A stretch of DNA of 64,000 bases, taken from positions 4,154,001-4,218,000 of the forward strand of contig NW_025766002.1 of assembly GCF_003918875.1 (NCBI RefSeq), given 5' to 3'. The first letter of the stretch is position 1. Each line of letters opens with the position of its first letter. Under the pieces are notes generated by a model, which saw only the letters and a program-made list of their open reading frames with translations, was not told the DNA's origin and did no database searches. Shown here in pieces: positions 54,125-64,000 of the stretch. The position numbers and the translations under genes were made by a program. Origin of the DNA: Haliotis rubra (lineage: Eukaryota).

Positions 54125-55097
54125 ACAATTTCTTAATTCCAGAAACCATCAAAGTTTGTGACACCTCTTCTGAGAACGAACATATTTGACCTCCTCATGG
54201 CCATCTGCTACAGGGAGCATGGAGCAGACATCCTTCATGTAAGTTGAAATAACCTCTTCTCCTGTCATAGTATTTTTCATATTTCCCCACATTAAACATT
54301 AAACAACATAAAGGAAACGAAACACGTTTATCGGGGATGTTTGTTTTTCTCTTCACCAGTTATACGAGAAAGAGGTTCGAGCCCGTTGTAGGGATGGTAC
54401 CCTCGGCTATGACATGGAAGGAATGTTTACATTCCTACGTGATAGAATAGCTTCCCCTGTTCAATCAACAACGACGACGACAACGATTACAAGCGGCGCC
54501 GCAGAGAAAACTGCGACGGCTTCTCCCTTAAACAAAATAACATCCATGCAGAAAGTCAGGAAACCAAAACCCAGATGCATCAGGAGGACAAGGACAAAAC
54601 CTTGATGGATAAATTTAGTTATTCTGTTATGGCTTGTCAAGACGTATGATCTAACAATTTCTTAATTCCAGAAACCATCAAAGTTTGTGACACCTCTTCT
54701 GAGAAGAGAGGAGGTCTTTGAAAACAACTTCAGCTGAAGAGACATGGACTGGTCATCCTGGGTTAAAGTTATCTCCCCTGACCTTCCTCTCAAACAGAAT
54801 GCACAATGGGAGAAAAGACGGGGTGTCAACCCTGGATTAAAGAGAAGGACAGTCTTCAAGTCCCAGAACAATAAGCCAACTCTCTACGAGATCAGTGTTC
54901 AGACGATCAAGTACGGGCGTAGGCGTGTGGTATTCAGCAAGTTCTGCCACCATATTCCCGATAATGTGAACTGGGAAACACAACTCCTTGGGAACAATGT
55001 TGTCAGAGCTCAGGTGAACAATGTTGTGTCTCAGAACTGCAGAGTGTTTGTGCGCAGGGTGGTATACAGAAGAGCATCAGCTCACGTCAAAACAGCT
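54125..55097 (+). pseudogene. vWA-GIY-YIG family copy D, 5'-truncated rearranged pseudogene
   Basis: No exon 1. Exon 2 remnant 54176-54238. Exon 3 runs 54360-54605 and ends in TGA with its donor lost. Exon 4 starts at 54672, has an in-frame TGA at 54735 and is truncated at ~55097 before the YDYAW motif. Confidence 0.85.
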
Positions 55098-55904
55098 AAT
55101 CAATTCTTAACCTATATTTCAAATGTAATCATTTAGTTTTTTTCAACCCAAAGAGTGAGTGGTTGAAATATGTAATAAATTATATAAAACATAATTTGAG
55201 CATTTTCTTTCGGTTATTGTCCACTAGATGAAGGAAATGAAGAGGTTCCTGTTTAGGCTTTATGTATTGGTCATCGTTAAGTTTAATTTATAATAAGTTC
55301 ATATTGCTGAAATATACTCACTGCGCACACGGAAGGAGATCTGGGTCGCGAAAAGGTAAACAAAGTAATATGAAATTCTGTATAGTATTAGCATATCTCT
55401 TAAATGCTGTTCAAAATATGGGATGTTTTGAGTAGCAGCTATATGTTCACGAAAATACAACACATAGACGGTTCTTGAACAAAGTGTTACGATGTCTGAA
55501 ATGGCACAGAATTTACGTCATCGAATTATTACAATGCATATTCACACAATCATGATCTTTTCTTGAAATACACACGTAGTTAATGATTTATATATTCAAA
55601 GGATCAGCTATGGTGTATTTCAGCCCTATGCAAACAAAATACATTCATCGTTGACCTGTGTGTCACAGAATCACAGAATATATTTTATCGGCTACTACTG
55701 GTCATGCAACTGATTTTCCGCGAAGCAATTTCGCCATCGCTATTTTTTAGAAACTCCTCAAATATGTCGTTCACTGAAACTGTATACATTAGTGTGAGGA
55801 GCACTGACATAAACTGTGCATTTGGGAGAGTATTTTCATCTGTTCTGAATGTGTTTCATGTGCCAAACGGAATATCACCCCATAATATCTTCCCGTCATT
55901 GGAA

Positions 55905-56122
55905 GCTCATCAATAACTTGTTTGTCGTAAGAGGCGGCTAACGGGCTCGGGAGGTCAGGTTCCCCAGACTTGGTTGACACATGTCATCGTTTTCCATTTG
56001 AGTAGATCGATGCTCTTGCTGTTTATCACTGGATTGTCTAGTCAAGATTCGATTATTTACAAACGGCCGCCATATAGCTGGAATATTGCTGAATGCGGCG
56101 TAAAACAACTCACTCACCCTCA
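55905..56122 (+). mobile_element. SINE family 2
   Basis: Match to the family core and tail. Confidence 0.75.
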
Positions 56123-58269
56123 CTTGTAAACAGAAATTTGGGTTGAAAAAGGTACACAGAAACACAGAAGCTAAATCAGTCGACTGACATACAGTGCACG
56201 TGAACGCCATTTGTATCTGCATGTATAAGCTGCATCTAATATTAGCAGATTCATAATCCACAAGAACTAAACTAAATATCTAATGCTACCCTTTGAAAAG
56301 GTATTAAGGCATTTACAGTGTTAGTGTATATACATGCATACAAATCTGTGTCCGATAACAGCCTCACAAACCTTTTTCAAAGAACGTGCATGCGCGCATT
56401 CATTTTGTAAAGGAAAGGTGGACAACTGAATTACGTTTACTTAAACTAACGTACAGCTATTTTCTATATTTAACACACATATAGTATTAATTTAGCTATG
56501 AATACATGAATGTGCCAACTGAATAATCCGGTATGTAGAAGTAACCTCAGCAGCGGAAATGCTTAGTAGTGCTACAAATCTTCGTATCCCTTTTACGTTT
56601 TTATTTACAAAAGTACATTTACAAATTAGAATTGTTGTAATTGGAAGTATATGCATATTTCCAGTACACCAGGTGTGTTCGTAATCAAGATCATATACGT
56701 AAAATATCATAAGGATTTACACTTTCATTGTAATCAAGTTATTATCAATGCGATGCAAACTGAATGCGAATTAAGTACACTGAGCTTAATTTCCTCCAAC
56801 CTTCAGCTGATGCGCAGTTTAACAATCATTAAACAATATATACCTTTATAATTATATACAGCTGACAATAACTTAAACCCATATGCATTTAATGGATTCT
56901 TCTACCTGATATGTGTTACCCTTGTTTAGTAAAACTGATTGCCTTGAAACAAGAACTTCACGATGGAGAAAGTATCTATTCTACAACCTCATTTATACGA
57001 GGTATTTACCACAACACGCTACTAATTCAGGCAATATTTGTTGTAGTTCGGTATTCCTAGCTTTGTCATTTAAAGTATTGACTTTGAAAAATAGCAACGA
57101 TATGTTATGTTTTAATGTTGACCACACAGCATTCAGCGAGAGGTGTGACGAGCCATCAGGCGAAACTGTTTGCCGAGCATATCCGCGAAGTATACACGTC
57201 ACACATTCTTTCTAAACTCGTTGCATTACACTGCGCTTCTCAATGAAACCGAGTCCTCAGATGACGTGCGAGGAGAAATAAACGTAAGCAATGTGTTTGC
57301 GAGATATTTTCTAAAGGTCATGAACGCTTTTCTTGTATTAAACGCCACCATGATATGAAGATACTTGGTATCACATTGTATAATTTAGAAAGACCACAAA
57401 AATAGTAATGCATAGACTTATGTTAAGAACAAAACAGAAAATACATTTTTGAAATGTTATTAATGCAAAAAACAATTTGATCAATGTAATATTATCAAAA
57501 CATCATCAAGGAACAACTATCAGCAATGTGTCATCTAGCTGCTATTTCGATTCACACATGTGAATGAGAAATGCAAAGACCTTTGTGCTCATCAGGCAGA
57601 ACTGCATATTCACCATGAAGACAACCAGGTTTCTTTCGAAATTCATTGCACCGCGATATTTAAAATATAATTGATGTACAGTCTGATGAATCGAATATTG
57701 TAGTTATCTATATACTTCAGAGAGAAACTGAACAATCCACTAATATTATTATTTATATGTTAAACGTAAGAATATTCTGACCCTTATCATGGAAACTACA
57801 TCTTCCGGCATTTCCATTTAGAAACGTTTTCAATCTCCTACAGTATTACTGCTCTTTGAATATACTTTATATGAGAAAACTGACATATCCTTGTAAACGG
57901 ACTATCTAACTATATCCCTAAAAGGTGAAAGTGGAATATCCATCAAGAAAAAAATACCCACCTTCCATAGTGGTATATATTTCACTTGTGTACTCTTATC
58001 CAGCAAACTTCTTCCTCTTCCGATTATATTCTCGTTCCAAACTGAAAAACAGAAAACTAAATCTGTTATCTAATGATATGTTGTGGAACTGTTCCATTGA
58101 AAATGTGTTTTATTTTTTTATATATCGCTTGATTCCTCTATTGAATCGTATGATATAGCATTGTAACTATACCAGCTTGTTAACTGGTAGATACGGACGT
58201 TTCGTACACTTTCATATGATCAGAAATGATCATTGTAATGTGTACACATTAAAGGAAATACATGTATAT

Positions 58270-58977
58270 GACTATAAGTGCATCAAGTTCTGGCTTATTC
58301 TCCTGCATATGCCAAACTATAGATACCCTAAAGCCTGCTACAGAGTGTCGGTACAGCTGGATAGAGTGGGGAGGATAACCTGGGCTACTTATGTGAGGAC
58401 ACTGCTTGACCACCTAGGATTGAGCTACTCCTGGCTACAGCAGGGTGTAGGGGATGTGACCTCTTAAACAGAGGCTTACTGACAACTTCTCTCAGCAATT
58501 CTCCAGGGATTTACAGGCAAGAAGCAAATTCAAACCCTACAGACTCCTCTAATTTTAGTTGGATCAGAAAAATAGTTAATACAGATCAGAGAGAAAAAAA
58601 CTGAGAATAGCCCTAACCCGCTTTAGATGCTCAAATCATAAGCTTGCAGTTGAAACTGGGAAATGGGCGAAAACTGAATAAAATGAAAGATACTGTATCT
58701 ATTGTTTACAGCAATTGGGACAAAAAATCATTCAGGATTAAACACATTTTATATTTATTTGCCCTTACTATGAAGAATTAAGAACTACATATTTTCCCTT
58801 AATGAACAATCGCCACTCAAGCACAGACAACTTCATCAAAGCAGTGAATCTATATTCTCTTGAAAGTGCCAAATATATTGTAACTGCAAGCAAAGGATAG
58901 TTTATATCTGGAAAAAATGCTTGCATTGTATGCGTGGTTGTGTATATGTATGACTCTGTACTTGAAAGTATTTGCAC

Positions 58978-59008
<31 letters not shown>

Positions 59009-59140
59009 CTGTCTGTGTGTATGTGAGTGTTAGAGTGTGTAATATTTCTTTTCCCTTTGATATATTTTTGTGTGTTCTATATATGTGTGTGTAAAGTCAT
59101 GTGTAAATGTATTATTTCCTCAGGATATAGTTATGTAGGT

Positions 59141-59211
<71 letters not shown>

Positions 59212-59335
59212 GGTGTAAATGTATTATCCCCTTATGATATACTTATGTCTGTTTCATATATTTTTCACATATTTATGCATTAATGATGTAAAAGCCTTGC
59301 ACTTTGGGTTGGAGGCCTATCTACAGAAATAAAAA
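58270..59335 (+). mobile_element. Duplicated copy of the LINE fragment at 46700-47805
   Basis: Same motifs; part of segmental duplication unit 2. Confidence 0.75.
59146..59208. repeat. (TA)n microsatellite
   Basis: Read directly from the sequence. Confidence 0.9.
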
Positions 59336-60399
59336 GTAGAAATACACCGCAGTTCAGATTATGTATGAATTAATACGGATATTCCTGATATTCTGATACA
59401 GCTGATCCTCTATATCGCATCTGCTCACAAGGGAATGTACCATGACAACTGGTCAGTCCTGTTTTTCATGGGTGTGCGGAATTTTTAAAGCAACTATTAA
59501 ACAAAGTGAAAAACAACCCACAGTTTTATTTTGTTTCCTTTGGAAAATGCTGTTAGCCTCTTGAAATGAAATCGTTTTTCATTTGGTGGAAAATGGGTCT
59601 GGGAATGGCGAAATCTAAAGATGAAGAAACACCTAATTGTTTTTGGTTAAAACTCAGAGAAAATATTTATTGTAATAATACACTGAATTTAAATTACCAC
59701 TATATTTGTGCACGATAGAGCATTATGTTTGACCGCCTATCATATTTGGAAACATAGTGACACTCCTGGGAAGTTTTATCTCAGCAACGATAGACAAATG
59801 ATTAACCACAGTGAACACAGTTGTATGCATATTCACACACTTTGGTAAATCATAATGGTTTCCATAATAAACAGCTGAATGTGGGAATGTATTGATTAAC
59901 GAAGATACGTTTGTCAAGGAAATATCTGCAATATTAATACATGTTTCACGAAGATTATGATTGATATTCTGCCTGGCAAGTGAAGCATTCCGCGAAGCAA
60001 TGATGTCATCTCAAAATGTACAAACTCTACCCATTGCGGCTATATACCGTTAACTATGAGAATATCTTCCGACAGGCAGTGTTAGGAGACTGGATATAAG
60101 CAACGTATTTGAGAGAGCATGTTCATTGTTTCTGAACGCACGTTTTACATGTCGATTCTACATATGACACTTTCAACGACTGAACATTTCCTAAGTCAAA
60201 GGTCTTATAATAACTCCCCGGCTACATTTTCATCTCTAACGGCTTAATCAGGTCGTTACCCTTGTTTCAAAAGAGACGAATAAATTGAAACGCATACACG
60301 CGAACAACGTCTGATCCTCAAAACACAACCACAGAACAGGTCTGAACACGCCAACCGCAACAAGCCCCAGCCAGTACCCATTGATCGCCTCACAGCCAG

Positions 60400-60435
60400 T
60401 ATAAAAGCTGGCCGGCTCGCTGAGTAAGATCAGTT
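60400..60435 (+). promoter_or_regulatory. Core promoter of copy E: TATA box + initiator
   Basis: TATAAAA at 60400, TCAGTT at 60430, donor at 60565/60566; same layout as copy C. Confidence 0.7.
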
Positions 60436-60841
60436 TGCTCATATACACTACAGTTGAAAGACTTAACCGCCTGTCAGTTACTCCTAATAGCAGCACTTAT
60501 AAACTGCACCTAACTGCAGGGGAACAGAACAAGAACAAAATATTTGCTTTCACCATTCAAAACAGGTAAACTGTGGAAGATATTCACAGTGATAGTTTAT
60601 ATATACGTACAATTCTGCGTATAGATACATCAACATAACGGCTTCAGATTATTCCATATTTATCTGCCTTCTTTGTAAGATAAAGGTCAGTAATTAAAAT
60701 AGGTCTAATACACATTTTCAAAAAATCATATCAATGACAGAATTGTGAAAGAATATTGATGCTCATTTCTTCATCATTTAAATGTCTTCTGTACGCACTA
60801 AGATTAATAACAGTGTTTTCATTTTTTTTAACAGATTCAAC

Positions 60842-62687
60842 ATGGCTTTGCTTCCTCCTGGTGGACTTCCAGAGATTGTCTTCTCCTTCGACACAACCGG
60901 CTCTATGAGCAGTTGTCTGGCCGAAGTCCGAGGTCGACTCCAGGACATGATACAGCGACTCCAGGCTGACATCCCCGCCATCAGAATGGCCGTCTTCGCA
61001 CACGGTGACTACTGTGACAAACACAACTATGTCACAAAGTGGATAGACTTTTCCACTAACGTCAAGGAACTTTGTGACTTTGTCAACAACGTCAGTAGCA
61101 CTGGAGGCGGAGACTCCGACGAATGTTACGAACTCGTTCTCAGACAAGTTGGGGAGGAGTTGTCATGGACCCCTGGATCCAATCGTGCCCTCGTCATGAT
61201 TGGCGACGCCAACCCCCATGAGCCAGACTACCCCGACAACAAACTCAGGATAGACTGGAGGGAAGAGATTCAAACCCTCAATACAATGGTGAGCCGAAGG
61301 TCTATATAGTCAAATAAAAGTTTCAACAAAACGAAATACACGCACTCAAATGATCAACACAATGTTGAAATGCATTTTGCCTCGTGATTGCAACTTAAAT
61401 ATTATACGCTACAATTTCATCATGTCACTTATATCAAATCCATCTTAATCATTTCCAGGGAGTGAAGATATATGGGGTAGAGCATGGATCTGGCACCATG
61501 GAATTCTACAAGAGAATGTCACAGGAGACAGGTGGACGCCATCTCCAACTTGACAGCTTCTCCAATGTCTTTGAATTCCTAATGGCCATCTGCTACAGGG
61601 AACATGGAGCAGACATGTTTGATGTAAGTTCGCCCTACGCTTATATTGAACACAAAACCTAAATATTACTCATAATGGATTTAGTGAACTTTCCTCAACA
61701 TAAATAATTCCCATGCTTTCCTGTTTTAACATTTGTACATGTCATTTCAGGTCTACGAGAAAGAGGTCCGAGGTCGTTGTGCTGAAGGCGCCCTTAGCAA
61801 GGACATGGAGAAAATGTTTACATCGCTACGCGATGGAGTAGCCTCCCTTCCATCGCCAAAGAAGATCACAACCGGTTGCAGTAAGAAAGATGTGACGATC
61901 CCCACTGTGAAGAAAACTACGTCCTTCTCAGGAATTAGAAAGGTCAAGCCTAAATCTATCAGGAGACCAGGAACAAAATCACTGAAGGTATGTTTTATAA
62001 ATGTTTGTTTTCAAAATGGATAACATTATATATTCAAATGTTCAATTGTTTGGAAAATATTGATAACGATCATATTTACCGATTTAAGTTATACCTCTGT
62101 GGCATTACTCTTCTCAAACAAATCGATAATTTGTACATAATGTATTATTTCAGAAACCAACAAAGTTTGTGACTCCTCTTTTGAGAAGAGAGGAAGTCTT
62201 TGAGAACAACTTCAGCTTAAGAGACATGGACTGGTCAGCCTGGGTCAAGGTTATTTCCCCTGTCGTTCCTCTCAAACAGGATGCACAATGGGAAAAAAGA
62301 CGGGGTGCCAACCCTGGATTCAGGAGAAGAACTATCTTCAAGTCCCAGAACAATAAGCCAGCTCTCTACGAGATCAGTGTTCAGACCACCAGGTTTGGAC
62401 GTAGGTGTGTGGTATTCAGCAGGTTCTGCCACCACATTCTTGATAATGTTAACTGGGAAACACGACTCCTTGGAAACAAAATTGTCAGAGCTCAGGTGAA
62501 CAATGTTGTGTCTCAGAACTGCAGTGTCTTTGTGCGGAGGGTGGTATATAGAAGAGCATCAGGTCACGTCAAAACAGCCGCAATGATGAAGTCCTATGAC
62601 TACGCTTGGAGGCGTCTGAGGAGGTCGCGATCTACTGCTCGACATGTTTACAAACAAGGCAGCACAATTTCATCGGACAAAGTATAG
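60842..62687 (+). CDS. vWA + basic linker + ET/HRT-like GIY-YIG domain protein, copy E (intact, ~460 aa; near-identical to copy C)
   Basis: Exons 60842-61288, 61459-61623, 61751-61987, 62154-62687 (1383 nt). Upstream non-coding exon ~60432-60565; AATAAA at 63059. Confidence 0.9.
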
Positions 62688-64000
62688 ACTTTTTCTGAAC
62701 ATTGACTGATAATATCAGGTGTTTGCGGACGATATGGAGACATAGCTGTTTTTTCCTATGGAGAATGTATATATATGCAATCAGATGACATTCTTGATAT
62801 TACTGGAATGAGATTTGTCATTGAAAGACAGCGATAACGAATCTCATACCATACAACTTGCTTCATGCTTTATGTGAATGAGAGGGCATGGTGTTTCATT
62901 ATAGTGCTTGAATGTGGATTAGTGTGTTCATCCGAATGAAAGAGACTGATGAATGTGACGTTGTACATATGTCACTGTTTGTGTTAAGGTGTATATACAA
63001 CTCATTCGCTGACCTGCATTGTTTATATCTTTGGCAACATGTGCAATGTTAGTATAGGAATAAATAAAACAAACTTTTGAGAAATTAATACACATTATTT
63101 TCTTTGACAATGCATTTTACATGAGTGTGTAGTCGTAATCCGAGACATAATAAGTCTAATTGCGACTTAGACTTCACTCAAATCACAAACCAAATATCAA
63201 CCCTCAACTTCCATATATGTTTTCGGATAAACATCACAACGAATAAATGGAACCTCCGTCTCCGTTGGTTACAACATAAGAGATCATTAGTGAGGGTTCA
63301 AAAAGTACCATCATCGCAACAGTGCATTTTGTTGTTTACAGAAATCATTGCTTCAGTCATTTTCATGAGTTCAAGGTCCGTATCCAAATATTTAGTAGCA
63401 TTCATGGCTCATTCTCTACTGTCATCTTTGGTCTGTCAGTACCGTGTCCAAGCTTTGACACAAATAGTACACGTTTACAAACTTAGCTGATCCGATGTTA
63501 AAAGCTAACAGAAACAGAACACACCAACACTTATACAAGTTATCCAGTTTCTAATATATTATTGTATTGAACAGCGACGAACTGGTGTACATTGGGCTTC
63601 CTTTCTCCTACCTTAAGCTGATGCTCAGTTATATAACTTGAAAATGTAACTGTAATAACCAAATGGAAAGAAAGTCTTAGATGATTTAATGATTAACAAC
63701 AAGATGCTATTAATTCAGAGAACATTTTCCCAATATTTTGATTGTAGTTTCTATAAATTGTATTAACAATTAATGTAGTTAAACAGTAATAGCAAATGCC
63801 CACGAATATCGCCGTTATTGTTTTCTGTTAAAAGCATCACCGACATGCAATGTTACAGTGCAGACCATGGAGTATTCAGCAAGATATGTGGCCATCAGAC
63901 TTTATTGCTCAGCGTAACAATCCGCGAAGTAAACACGTCATATATTCTTTCTTATCTCGCTTCACGACACGGCGACAATCAGTGTAACCTCCTCCCAGAC

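Larger units (their letters stand above)
57535..63990 (+). repeat. Segmental duplication unit 2 (contains copy E)
   Basis: Starts CTAGCTG-TATTTCGATTCAC as at 45981; homology continues almost to the window end. Confidence 0.9.

Overview
AT-rich, intron-containing animal genomic DNA, most likely a mollusc (abalone-like gastropod; inferred from the SINE repertoire and gene types). It has two assembly gaps (22862-23172, 36417-36641). The first ~22 kb is mostly non-coding and filled with four SINE families, LINE fragments, hairpin/MITE-like elements and palindromes. Two secreted-protein genes lie head-to-head: a small PAN/apple-domain gene (minus, ATG 23632) and a 3-exon signal peptide-PAN-EGF-fibrinogen (FReD) gene (plus, 28589-32779). 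The right half (37.8-64 kb) is a tandem array of five paralogs of an intracellular gene: three intact ~459-460 aa copies and two pseudogenes. Each intact copy joins a MIDAS-type vWA domain, a Lys/Arg/Thr-rich linker and a C-terminal domain that I read as a catalytically degenerate GIY-YIG domain of the plant EFFECTOR OF TRANSCRIPTION (ET/HRT) type. The array shows gene birth-and-death, divergence concentrated in loops on the MIDAS face, mosaic paralogs and a recent segmental duplication (~6.5 kb homologous block, 11.5 kb offset). It is the best candidate for an undescribed system. All exon boundaries were derived by hand from GT-AG sites and reading-frame continuity; no database searches were run.
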